Shown piece by piece: positions 24,093-31,258 of a stretch of 40,616 nucleotides of DNA. Made by a program: the position numbers and the translations under genes. Origin of the DNA: a virus; the IMG/VR virus record IMGVR_UViG_3300045988_105999, positions 1 to 40,616 of that record, one strand, 5' to 3'. Every line of letters begins with the position of its first letter. The first letter of the stretch is position 1. Below the pieces are notes generated by a model, which saw only the letters and a list, made by a program, of their open reading frames with translations, was not told where the DNA came from and did no database searches.

Positions 24093-24121
24093 ATTATACC
24101 GCTAAACGGCAGTAATTGCAA
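24093..24121 (-). promoter_or_regulatory. Orphan near-consensus promoter pointing into the island's 3' end
   Basis: Minus strand: TTGCAA (24121-24116), exactly 17 nt, TATAAT (24098-24093). No ORF with an RBS downstream before the 23994-24014 hairpin. Confidence 0.5.
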
Positions 24122-24132
24122 GGGTTTTCCCT

Positions 24133-24570
24133 CTATTCGAAGTAGGTCTCTGTGATGATGCGCCGCAGACTGTCGATTGCTTCACGCCGCATAGTGTAGA
24201 TACTCCGAGGGGTCACATTGTACTTGTAGGACAGAACATCCACGTTGTGGGATATGTACCCGCCATCGAAGAAAAAAGCGTCCAAAACGGCGTTTTGTTC
24301 CTCTGACAGGGTGCTCCGTCCGTAGGCTAGTGCCTCTTCGTACTGTTCGATACGTCTTATCTGGGATTCCAGCTTTATGCGTTCGGCTGCCACGTTTGCT
24401 GTGGTGTCGCTGATTTTCCCGGAATGCCCCGGGGAATCATCCGACCGTGCCTTGATCTCGGTGATAGCATCCAGTTCCGCCTGCAGCCGTTTCTTCCGTG
24501 ACTCCCAGTGCTTGGAATCCTGCAGAAATTTTACGGTGTTAAATTCAACGAATTTATTCAATGCTATCAC
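24133..24570 (-). CDS. ArpU/RinA-like late transcription regulator (sigma-70 region-4-like C-terminus), 145 aa
   Basis: LSEEQNAVLDAFFFDGGY...SYKYNVTPRSIYTMRREAIDSLRRI fits the ArpU-family C-terminal HTH. Last gene of the early operon. GTG start is uncertain. Confidence 0.55.
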   Translation of the reverse strand: MIALNKFVEFNTVKFLQDSKHWESRKKRLQAELDAITEIKARSDDSPGHSGKISDTTANVAAERIKLESQIRRIEQYEEALAYGRSTLSEEQNAVLDAFFFDGGYISHNVDVLSYKYNVTPRSIYTMRREAIDSLRRIITETYFE

Positions 24571-24727
24571 CTGCCTTTACACGCTGACCGAATCTTACAC
24601 CCGGCTTTTTCTTCAATCCTATGTATCGAACAACCCTCTTTTTCGCTACTCGGACATGGACTTCCCACAGCCCGGTATCTACACTCTTGCAAATTTTTTC
24701 AACGACTCCGTCTGCTTGAAAATTCAT
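24554..24727 (-). CDS. Hypothetical small protein, 57 aa (not in ORF track)
   Basis: ATG 24727 follows AAAGGATGG. MNFQADGVVEKICKSVDTGLWEVHVRVAKKRVVRYIGLKKKPGVRFGQRVKAGDSIE fills an otherwise empty gap. Confidence 0.5.
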   Translation of the reverse strand: MNFQADGVVEKICKSVDTGLWEVHVRVAKKRVVRYIGLKKKPGVRFGQRVKAGDSIE

Positions 24728-24728
24728 G

Positions 24729-25013
24729 CTACCATCCTTTCATAGAAACTCCGGTTCCTCTTTCGATTGCTTTTCTCACATCGTCCCAGCTTGCAACACC
24801 GTTCGATATGTGATCAGCATAGCGGTTAGTTCTCTTGATGATCCCGCCCAGTTGCTCATCATCCAGCCCGACTTCGTCCATGACTGCAGCAATGATGAGC
24901 AGCCCCATACGTCCAAGAAGCTGGTTACTAACCTCACGTTTCATTTTTTCTACCTCGGACTTCCCTAGTACCATCTTCTGCTTCATGGGCTTTTTCTTCT
25001 TCACTCTTTGCAT
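24729..25013 (-). CDS. Hypothetical protein, 94 aa
   Basis: AAGGAG RBS. Basic N-terminus. Confidence 0.65.
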   Translation of the reverse strand: MQRVKKKKPMKQKMVLGKSEVEKMKREVSNQLLGRMGLLIIAAVMDEVGLDDEQLGGIIKRTNRYADHISNGVASWDDVRKAIERGTGVSMKGW

Positions 25014-25015
25014 GG

Positions 25016-25564
25016 CTATTTCTCCTTTACCATTCTGACAGCCGAGCTTTCGCCCTCACGGCGATTCATCGCCAGCTCACACAAAGACTTGTAGCAATCT
25101 CTTTCTGCTGTCAAAACGGCGATTTTTTGCGTTATATTATCATCTTCGGTTTTTGCAGGGGTGGTATGCTCCGGTTCATCATCATCCAGAAATGACCCGA
25201 AAACCTCCCTCACTGCCTTTCTCATTGCCTCTTGTTCTGCAATACCGATTTTTCGGCAAAACGATACCAATTTACGATTGAACGCATAAGAAATCATACT
25301 GATAGACGTATATCTTACACCGTGCCAGATTACCCGTATCGTGCCTTCTGCTTCACTGGGCTTTTCGCTCAAATAAAGTACCGATGAATGATTGTTAAAA
25401 GACTGCAATACCAGCACGTCCTTATCGTCTGCTGTAGTCCAGATTTCCCCGGACTCCGGCTTGTTTCTGTCCATAGCATACCCTCCTTCTATGTGTGTGA
25501 TTGCCTTATACGCGGTCAGATCCAGACACCCGGACCCGTTCCGCATCAGTTCCTTGTTGTTCAT
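25016..25564 (-). CDS. PemK/MazF-like (tentative) domain protein with extra N- and C-terminal regions, 182 aa
   Basis: ATG 25564 follows ATAGGAGAAAAA. SGEIWTTADDKDVLVLQSFNNHSSVLYLS...IRVIWHG...SISMISYAFNRKL loosely follows the MazF pattern G.IW....RP.vVlS.....v.vvP.T......v.......v...Q...i. Preceded by an RHH gene. Confidence 0.4.
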   Translation of the reverse strand: MNNKELMRNGSGCLDLTAYKAITHIEGGYAMDRNKPESGEIWTTADDKDVLVLQSFNNHSSVLYLSEKPSEAEGTIRVIWHGVRYTSISMISYAFNRKLVSFCRKIGIAEQEAMRKAVREVFGSFLDDDEPEHTTPAKTEDDNITQKIAVLTAERDCYKSLCELAMNRREGESSAVRMVKEK

Positions 25565-25568
25565 TTTT
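25535..25568. repeat. 34-bp exact repeat, copy A (partner at 28437-28470)
   Basis: cccgttccgcatcagttccttgttgttcattttt is present at both sites. It covers the start codon plus the first 10 codons (MNNKELMRNGS). Confidence 0.95.
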
Positions 25569-25569
25569 T

Positions 25570-25586
25570 CTCCTATTTCATAACTT
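25570..25586. repeat. 17-bp exact repeat in the 5' UTR (partner at 26561-26577)
   Basis: ctcctatttcataactt occurs upstream of both the 25564 start and the 26554 start (minus-strand AAGTTATGAAATAGGAG, containing the RBS). Confidence 0.85.
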
Positions 25587-25704
25587 CTTTTGATATAAGC
25601 ATACAAATTACTGCCGATGCAGACATTTGATACATTTGTTTGAGCGTGTTCAACTGCTCCCGTGTTTCTGCGCTGATACGCATTTGAAATTTTTGTGTTT
25701 TCAT
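25573..25704 (-). CDS. RHH (CopG/MazE-like) small protein, 43 aa (not in ORF track)
   Basis: GGAGGTAAG RBS. MKTQKFQMRISAETREQLNTLKQMYQMSASAVICMLISKEVMK has a beta-strand (QMRIS) plus helix pattern. Stop lies 8 nt before the next start. Confidence 0.5.
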   Translation of the reverse strand: MKTQKFQMRISAETREQLNTLKQMYQMSASAVICMLISKEVMK

Positions 25705-25759
25705 CTTACCTCCTTTATTTTGTGGGCGGCTTTTCTGGCGTATATTTGGCGGTAGTTCA

Positions 25760-26554
25760 TTATTTCACCGCCTCAATTTTTGCAAGCCTATTTTCAGCAA
25801 AAATGCACTGATTTTTTGATATTTCAGAACCAATCCAATTCAACCCAAGTTTTTTACAAGCAACAGCGGTAGTGCCGCTACCCATAAACGGGTCGTAAAC
25901 AACGCCATTAGGTGGGCAATATAATTTCAACAGCTTTTCACAAAGTTCAGAAGAAAAAGTAGCTTTGTTGTATGGGCAAGAGCCATCATTATTTTTTGCT
26001 TCGATAAAATTATAAACATTTTCATAGGATTTTTGACCCGTTTTTCGAAGTCTTTTAACCATTTTGTTGCAATAAAATGTTTTAATTTCATTTTTTCTGC
26101 AAAGCACAAAAACAAATTCCCATATTCTTGTCAGTCTATTGGGCGAACAATTATTTGGCATTGCTGTTGATTTTTTCCAACAAATAACATCTGCGACAGT
26201 AAAATTTGTATCCGAAATAATTGTGTTTATTGCCTTAAAAATACCCTCTGTGTTTTCCGCATCGTAATTTATGTTATATAGTACACAACCATTTATGTTT
26301 AGAACTCTATCAAAATCCAAAAACAATTTTCTGGTAAATTCGCAATATTCGTCATCGGTCATATCATCAATATGTGTGTCATATCGAACATAATCGTATT
26401 GACCATCTTTAGCAGATGTGTTTTGGAGCGTGCGTGTTTTACCTGCTTTTTTGTTTGTATTGTAAAACGGAGAAGTTAAAATAACATTGCATTGACCGAT
26501 TGGCATTTCTGACATCGTAACGAAACAATCTTCGTTGTATATTTTGTTTTCCAT
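25760..26554 (-). CDS. DNA methyltransferase, beta-class N4/N6 (N6_N4_Mtase type), 264 aa
   Basis: Motif IV-like ILTSPFYN near the N-terminus and motif I VYDPFMGSGTTAVACKKLG near the C-terminus (beta-class order). No cognate nuclease nearby. Confidence 0.8.
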   Translation of the reverse strand: MENKIYNEDCFVTMSEMPIGQCNVILTSPFYNTNKKAGKTRTLQNTSAKDGQYDYVRYDTHIDDMTDDEYCEFTRKLFLDFDRVLNINGCVLYNINYDAENTEGIFKAINTIISDTNFTVADVICWKKSTAMPNNCSPNRLTRIWEFVFVLCRKNEIKTFYCNKMVKRLRKTGQKSYENVYNFIEAKNNDGSCPYNKATFSSELCEKLLKLYCPPNGVVYDPFMGSGTTAVACKKLGLNWIGSEISKNQCIFAENRLAKIEAVK

Positions 26555-26560
26555 TTTTGC

Positions 26561-26577
26561 CTCCTATTTCATAACTT
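26561..26577. repeat. 17-bp exact repeat (partner at 25570-25586)
   Basis: See the partner entry. Confidence 0.85.
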
Positions 26578-26635
26578 AACCGCCCCACCCCACAATGGAG
26601 CAGGGCATAAAACTATAACTTATTTGTTAGTAACT

Positions 26636-26926
26636 CTACAATCCTCCGCCCCGTTGAGCGTTTATCACAAAACAGCACTTCGATATTGTACGAGATATGC
26701 AACCGATACAGTCCTCGCAATCATCACAGTGACTCGCTCTTTTCGGGAGCTCCTCTATCGGCACTGTGTCTATTCGCTGTCTTATTTCGTTGTTTACAGC
26801 CTCTTCACTGCGCATCCTGTTAATCTCATCTATAACTCTCTGGTAAGCTGCCGGCTCTTTTAATCCTGCCGGCTTGCCCTCCGCTGCGTCTTTCCACTTT
26901 TGTAGTGTCTCAATTAACCTGTTCAT
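26636..26926 (-). CDS. Cys-rich hypothetical protein, 96 aa
   Basis: ATG 26926 lies 8 nt after AAGGAG. C-terminal HCDDCEDCIGC...KCC cluster. Confidence 0.65.
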   Translation of the reverse strand: MNRLIETLQKWKDAAEGKPAGLKEPAAYQRVIDEINRMRSEEAVNNEIRQRIDTVPIEELPKRASHCDDCEDCIGCISRTISKCCFVINAQRGGGL

Positions 26927-26939
26927 TTCCACATCTCCT

Positions 26940-27431
26940 TTAATCTTTCATAAAACATATCCAGTGCGTATTGCTTCTTTTCCCACTTTTATGGCCAAAC
27001 ACTGGTTTTTCTTTTGTTAATGATAACACTTCGCTGACTTTAATGTCAGTTTCGTTCCATTTAAAAATCAAAAAACCGCCTTGTTTTAACACTCTAAAAC
27101 ATTCTTCAAACCCTTTAGCGATAGTCTCTTTCCAGTTAGACCGCAAACAGCCATATTTAATCATCTGATATCCTGTCGGCTCTGTATCTTTGTTTTTTAT
27201 CAGATGTGGAGGGTCAAATACAACCATAGAAAAAGAATCATTTTCAAATGGCAAATCCGTAAAATCTGAAATTATATCAGGATTTATTTCAAAATATCGG
27301 CCATCGCAAAGATGCGTTTCAATTTTTCTTATGTCGCAAAAAGTAACTCTTTTGTCTTTTTTATCGAAGTAAAACATTTTACCGCCACAGCACACGTCTA
27401 ATATCGGAGTTTTAGCTTTTATCATTTCCAT
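26940..27431 (-). CDS. Small SAM-dependent methyltransferase, probable DNA amino-methyltransferase, 163 aa
   Basis: Motif I ILDVCCGG followed by motif IV-like VVFDPPH (D-P-P-[YFWH]). Order I then IV. Confidence 0.6.
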   Translation of the reverse strand: MEMIKAKTPILDVCCGGKMFYFDKKDKRVTFCDIRKIETHLCDGRYFEINPDIISDFTDLPFENDSFSMVVFDPPHLIKNKDTEPTGYQMIKYGCLRSNWKETIAKGFEECFRVLKQGGFLIFKWNETDIKVSEVLSLTKEKPVFGHKSGKRSNTHWICFMKD

Positions 27432-28138
27432 AACTGTTTAATCCTTTCAATTTCATCGGGCGTTTCTGTTTCTATCCCCTGCAGCTTGCAGTCCTCAACT
27501 ATCATATCTATTAAATGGCTCATTTCTTTGCTGTCGTAGACGGACGACCCGTAATAGCTTTTGATATTGTGATAGCCTTTTGTATTCCTGCACTCTCCCA
27601 GGTCCTCACAAATCCAGCCCACACCGTGACTGCCCCAGATACGCTCCCAATGCTCAATCTTGTCTTCTTTGACTGGTACAATCTCAAACGCTGATGTTTC
27701 TTTAATGTATTCTCGGTATATGTCGGTGTTTTTCTTGCCTAATACTGCGGCAAGCTTGCCGATAAGAAGCCAGCAAAAACTATTGGCATCGAGAGAGCGT
27801 TTATTTTTCGTTTTACCGATGTTTAGCTCGTATTTAGGTATATCGCTATCACTTAAAGACAAAAACGGCTCTAAACTGCGATATTCGCTCTTGGGAAGGG
27901 TGATTTCTAGTAGCGGAAACCCCTCCCATGTTTTATTTATTTTCAACGTTCTGATTCTGTAAATTAAATTTTCCTCATTCCAGTTTGTATACTGGCTTTT
28001 CAAATAACCCCGTATCATATCGCCTATAGCCTTCCAGTCGTAGCCTTCTGCTCTCAGCGCTCCTAAATCTTCAATCATATCGTCAGTCCGCGTCCTGTTC
28101 TTCTTGGGGTTGTCTAGCAGTTCATTCTTCTTCACCAT
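27422..28138 (-). CDS. NinB/Orf-like protein, paralogue 1, with N-terminal extension, 238 aa
   Basis: KRSLDANSFCWLLIGKLA resembles lambda NinB RSLDQNRKLWACLGDV. C-terminal YGSSVYDSKEMSHLIDMIVEDCKLQGIETETPDEIERIKQLW is shared with the 35538-36083 product. Confidence 0.5.
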   Translation of the reverse strand: MVKKNELLDNPKKNRTRTDDMIEDLGALRAEGYDWKAIGDMIRGYLKSQYTNWNEENLIYRIRTLKINKTWEGFPLLEITLPKSEYRSLEPFLSLSDSDIPKYELNIGKTKNKRSLDANSFCWLLIGKLAAVLGKKNTDIYREYIKETSAFEIVPVKEDKIEHWERIWGSHGVGWICEDLGECRNTKGYHNIKSYYGSSVYDSKEMSHLIDMIVEDCKLQGIETETPDEIERIKQLWK

Positions 28139-28421
28139 CCTTGTAAGACTCTCTTAACTTCTCAAAATCGCACATTTTGAGAACTTCATGCATTGTTTCA
28201 ACCGACATCTTATTAATTTCATGCATATTTTTACCTAACTTCACACCAGATGGCATTACTGTTGAGTTTCTTATGGCTGCAAAGAGCGCCAGTTTATACT
28301 GTTCTGCTTCCGTCAGTGCTTCAATCGCCGTTTCAAACGCAACCGCATAGTCCATTGGAAAATTCCACTCAACCTCTGCAATGGCTATTTTGATAGTTTC
28401 TATTGCTTCTTTATTTGTCAT
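28122..28421 (-). CDS. Hypothetical protein, 99 aa
   Basis: Clean ORF with helical composition. Confidence 0.6.
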   Translation of the reverse strand: MTNKEAIETIKIAIAEVEWNFPMDYAVAFETAIEALTEAEQYKLALFAAIRNSTVMPSGVKLGKNMHEINKMSVETMHEVLKMCDFEKLRESYKDGEEE

Positions 28422-28427
28422 TCCTGC

Positions 28428-28466
28428 TCACCTGCTCCCGTTCCGCATCAGTTCCTTGTTGTTCAT
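28428..28466 (-). pseudogene. 12-codon ghost of a gene homologous to 25016-25564
   Basis: ATG overlaps the XRE stop (ATGA) and encodes MNNKELMRNGSR-stop. The first 11 codons are nucleotide-identical to the start of the 25564 gene. Confidence 0.7.
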
Positions 28467-28470
28467 TTTT
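28437..28470. repeat. 34-bp exact repeat, copy B (partner at 25535-25568)
   Basis: See the partner entry. Confidence 0.95.
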
Positions 28471-28669
28471 CCTCTCCAAATAGTAGCCAGTCAGCGGAAA
28501 CACCCAGCGTCCGGCAGATTGCCGGAAGGTACTTTGCAGACATCCAGTTCCCATGATTGCACCAGTAACTTACGGTTGCCTGATTTACGCCTATGTGCTT
28601 AGCCAGCTCCCTTTGACTCATTCCGCTTTTATAGATAGCCTGTCCCAGTCTGATTGCTACGTCATTCAT
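28463..28669 (-). CDS. XRE-type HTH protein, 68 aa
   Basis: GMSQRELAKHIGVNQATVSYWCNHGNWMSAKYLPAICRTLGVSADWLLFG is a complete HTH_3 pattern. Confidence 0.8.
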   Translation of the reverse strand: MNDVAIRLGQAIYKSGMSQRELAKHIGVNQATVSYWCNHGNWMSAKYLPAICRTLGVSADWLLFGEEK

Positions 28670-28937
28670 TGCTGTTTCTCCCGGCTATTTCAGCCCCACA
28701 AGCGGCGTATCCTGCAAGGTCGACGTAGTTATCATCTTTAGGCAGCCCCGTCTTGATACGAGCTATTTTTAAGAGACACATCATCAAAGCCACGTCCTTT
28801 GCAGTAATGCCTTTTCCGAGGTATGTTCCCCAAAGAGAAGCGATCAATGCAAAATTGTCTTCCGGTTTGCCATATGCGTCCTGACGGTCAATACATACCG
28901 TCTTTGCCGCCGCCTCCAAAATCTCTTTTCTGTTCAT
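28662..28937 (-). CDS. Conserved phage protein (recalled as DUF6378-like), 91 aa
   Basis: RQDAYGKPEDNFALIASLWGTYLG...DVALMMCLLKIARIKTG...DNYVDLAGYAACGAEI pattern recognised from memory (unverified). Confidence 0.5.
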   Translation of the reverse strand: MNRKEILEAAAKTVCIDRQDAYGKPEDNFALIASLWGTYLGKGITAKDVALMMCLLKIARIKTGLPKDDNYVDLAGYAACGAEIAGRNSNE

Positions 28938-29119
28938 TATGCATCCTCCTTTAGGATTTTTTCTATAGCCTCTGCGAACTCCTCAACAGCAGAATCGTTA
29001 CTGAAACATCCAATGTATTTTATCGTGTTGCCTTTCTGGATCACGAGTGCCGGACGTTTCTTTTCCGGCACGCTCATAGCTCCTATGAAGGTATCACCTT
29101 TTTTTATGCCAACTCTCAT
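28937..29119 (-). CDS. Hypothetical protein, 60 aa
   Basis: Start overlaps the upstream stop (TAATG) and the stop overlaps the next start. Confidence 0.55.
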   Translation of the reverse strand: MRVGIKKGDTFIGAMSVPEKKRPALVIQKGNTIKYIGCFSNDSAVEEFAEAIEKILKEDA

Positions 29120-29454
29120 TAGATGTCTCCTTCCTCCCGGTGCAAGGAACGCTCCGCGGTGAACCCTTCCGGGTATCGTGATTTCAGTTTGTTAATGTTG
29201 GTCTGCATCACATCATCCAGACTAATGCCAAAAGCCGTACATGCTTCTGCGATCATCCACATGCAGTCTCCCAGTTCTTTCCTGACGTGCTCCCGGTCAA
29301 CTTCATGCCCTTGGTACTCCTTCTGCAGGATTCCCGCAACCTCTCCAGCTTCGGATGCCAGCCCGAAGACTGCGTGACGTGCCATTTCTTTTTTCTGATC
29401 GTATGGTATGCTGCAAGTTCTCATTGCCAATACCTGATATTCATTTCCTGTCAT
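29119..29454 (-). CDS. MazG-like nucleoside triphosphate pyrophosphohydrolase, 111 aa
   Basis: ATG 29454 follows AAGGAG. YQVLAMRT...GLASEAGEVAGILQK......ELGDCMWMIAEAC...DVMQTNINKL has the EXXE..E..D four-helix MazG pattern. Confidence 0.8.
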   Translation of the reverse strand: MTGNEYQVLAMRTCSIPYDQKKEMARHAVFGLASEAGEVAGILQKEYQGHEVDREHVRKELGDCMWMIAEACTAFGISLDDVMQTNINKLKSRYPEGFTAERSLHREEGDI

Positions 29455-29674
29455 TTTTCTTTTTCTCCTTTTCTCTTTCGTCACTTGATTTTGGAGCTCC
29501 AATTTCCTCAATACACCTATAATATCTTGTCATTTTCTTTCCCCCGGCTTCTTTTATCATCTCCGCCGCATCTTCGTAAGCTTTCGCCATCCATATAGCT
29601 TTTTCGCCATAATATTTAGAATTGGCTCTGCAGTTTTCAGCTTTCCTTAAAAGCTGCGCTTCAATGTTCTTCAT
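29441..29674 (-). CDS. Hypothetical protein, 77 aa
   Basis: ATGA start/stop overlap with the upstream gene. Lys/Glu-rich tail. Confidence 0.6.
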   Translation of the reverse strand: MKNIEAQLLRKAENCRANSKYYGEKAIWMAKAYEDAAEMIKEAGGKKMTRYYRCIEEIGAPKSSDEREKEKKKNDRK

Positions 29675-29690
29675 TCTGCACCGCCTTTCA
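29671..29690. repeat. 20-bp exact junction repeat (partner at 30304-30323)
   Basis: tcattctgcaccgcctttca at both sites. On the minus strand this is TGAAAGGCGGTGCAGAATGA, i.e. a ..KGGAE-stop overlapping the next ATG. Confidence 0.9.
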
Positions 29691-30144
29691 ATTCATCCCA
29701 CTTTTTATAAAGTTCCTCGTCGGATATTTTGCCCACCCATCGCAGCACTTTTAGCCGCTCCTGCTCTAAAACATTCTGCGTGTGTTCAATACCATATCCA
29801 TGCTCACATCCAGCCATAAACGCATGCATTGAATGCATTTCATGTTCTTCTGCTGTCTTCGGCAGTGGTCTCTGCCTTTCATCATGTGCCTCCTGCCTTT
29901 CAAAATAGAAAACAACTTCTTTTTCGTTGGATTCAAAAAATCCGTAATCAACTCCAACCTTGAAAATATAGGAATCTCGTTGCAGCTTCTGTGGAATCTT
30001 TTCAACCATTTCCCGGAACGCTTTCATGGAGCTACCCCGCTTATAATGGTTGCATCGCCTGCAGGCCGGCAGCTCAATGACTATAATTCCTTTAGGTTTG
30101 CTTATCTTCATTCTCCTCAACCATCTTTCTAACCATCCGCACAA
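29671..30144 (-). CDS. Hypothetical protein (up to 157 aa; start uncertain) with a partial HNH-like motif
   Basis: LPACRRCNHYKRG resembles only the distal half of an HNH motif. No upstream His-containing half. Confidence 0.5.
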   Translation of the reverse strand: MCGWLERWLRRMKISKPKGIIVIELPACRRCNHYKRGSSMKAFREMVEKIPQKLQRDSYIFKVGVDYGFFESNEKEVVFYFERQEAHDERQRPLPKTAEEHEMHSMHAFMAGCEHGYGIEHTQNVLEQERLKVLRWVGKISDEELYKKWDELKGGAE

Positions 30145-30307
30145 CTTCCTCGGCAGCCCACTCGTTATAAGCTTCGTTCATCACGCCGTACGCCCGGTCA
30201 GTGCATACGATAACATGATATTCTCCCATGTTTGCACTAACTTTTCCCGCGTTATAATCTTGTAATGCTTGTACCATCTGGGCTATTAAATCTACTGTCG
30301 CACTCAT
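30092..30307 (-). CDS. Hypothetical protein, 71 aa
   Basis: ATGA overlap with the upstream stop. Confidence 0.55.
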   Translation of the reverse strand: MSATVDLIAQMVQALQDYNAGKVSANMGEYHVIVCTDRAYGVMNEAYNEWAAEEVVRMVRKMVEENEDKQT

Positions 30308-30323
30308 TCTGCACCGCCTTTCA
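30304..30323. repeat. 20-bp exact junction repeat (partner at 29671-29690)
   Basis: See the partner entry. Confidence 0.9.
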
Positions 30324-30567
30324 CAATGTTGATTGCCTTGTCGTAGGCTTTATAGCTTGCTCCTCCGTCGCATTTATCATATGCCAAAAGTCTTTCTTCT
30401 CTCAGCCGCTCCAACACCTCCTCCAGATCGTATGCGGTGGGCTGCTTCCCCACCTCATAAAGCGCATCGCTAACTTCGCCAAGATCTTCAAAGCGTCCTT
30501 CAAGCGTTGTGTCCGCCGCCAATCTCTTCAAAGCTTTTGTCAATTTATCTGCATCAATCAGTCTCAT
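30304..30567 (-). CDS. Hypothetical protein, 87 aa
   Basis: ATG 30567 (MRLIDADKL) follows GGGAGTGAGAAG. Confidence 0.6.
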   Translation of the reverse strand: MRLIDADKLTKALKRLAADTTLEGRFEDLGEVSDALYEVGKQPTAYDLEEVLERLREERLLAYDKCDGGASYKAYDKAINIVKGGAE

Positions 30568-30571
30568 CTTC

Positions 30572-30676
30572 TCACTCCCATTCACTTTTCAACGCATCCG
30601 CTTTAATCAGTTCGTAGATTATATCTAGTGCCGTTCTCCCATCTCTGTACCGGCAGTTCGCTTTTGGCTTCAACAT
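30572..30676 (-). CDS. Possible small protein, 34 aa (not in ORF track)
   Basis: AAGGAGG RBS 7 nt upstream. MLKPKANCRYRDGRTALDIIYELIKADALKSEWE fills the gap between flanking genes. Confidence 0.4.
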   Translation of the reverse strand: MLKPKANCRYRDGRTALDIIYELIKADALKSEWE

Positions 30677-31026
30677 CCTGTAGCCTCCTTCCAAGGTAGC
30701 TCGGCGATCTTGCGGGCAAGCTCGGTTCGTCTTTCTGGTGATTTAATACTTCGCCATTTTTGATACCAATTTTGTTTATAATGACCTGTTGGACCAAAAC
30801 ACCCCATTACGTCTAAGCCACCGAGAGGGCAAAGTTCGCATGGATCAAATACTACTGACGTAGAATCCACAAGACGCTCTTGCGCCTCATCGCAGGCAAA
30901 GCACATACCGATAGGTATACATTCTTCTGGCCAACCCTCAAAATAATCATCTTTCCTCTTCTCTGGATGTTCCGCAAGCCAGTTCCAGAGCTTACGGTGC
31001 TCCTTTTCGTAGTTAATCATTTTCAT
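30670..31026 (-). CDS. Cys-rich hypothetical protein, 118 aa
   Basis: AAGGAGTACGTT RBS. Confidence 0.65.
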   Translation of the reverse strand: MKMINYEKEHRKLWNWLAEHPEKRKDDYFEGWPEECIPIGMCFACDEAQERLVDSTSVVFDPCELCPLGGLDVMGCFGPTGHYKQNWYQKWRSIKSPERRTELARKIAELPWKEATGC

Positions 31027-31258
31027 AACGTACTCCTTTTACCATCAAATAACCGTCCATTTCCTGCACCGCATCCACCGTAGTACGGATGGTGACTTCT
31101 CCGGTATCTTCGTTGATTTCAACCCGGCGGTCAGTGCCGGACGGGTTGGCACATTTTTCATCTGCCATAACCGTCCCGACACTGAATCCTACCAACATCC
31201 CTCCAAACCAGATTGCACACAGTGAGATAATGATTATGGCTCGTTTAACGGCGGTCAT
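31013..31258 (-). CDS. Small membrane protein, 81 aa
   Basis: ATG 31258 (TAATG overlap, GGAGGG RBS). TM helix AIIIISLCAIWFGGMLVGFSVG. Confidence 0.6.
   Translation of the reverse strand: MTAVKRAIIIISLCAIWFGGMLVGFSVGTVMADEKCANPSGTDRRVEINEDTGEVTIRTTVDAVQEMDGYLMVKGVRYEND

Noticed and set aside
29671-30144. HNH homing endonuclease
   Set aside because: Only the distal CRRCNHYKRG-like half of the motif is present near the N-terminus. There is no first His/Asn half and no upstream frame supplying it. It is at most a relic, so it is called hypothetical.
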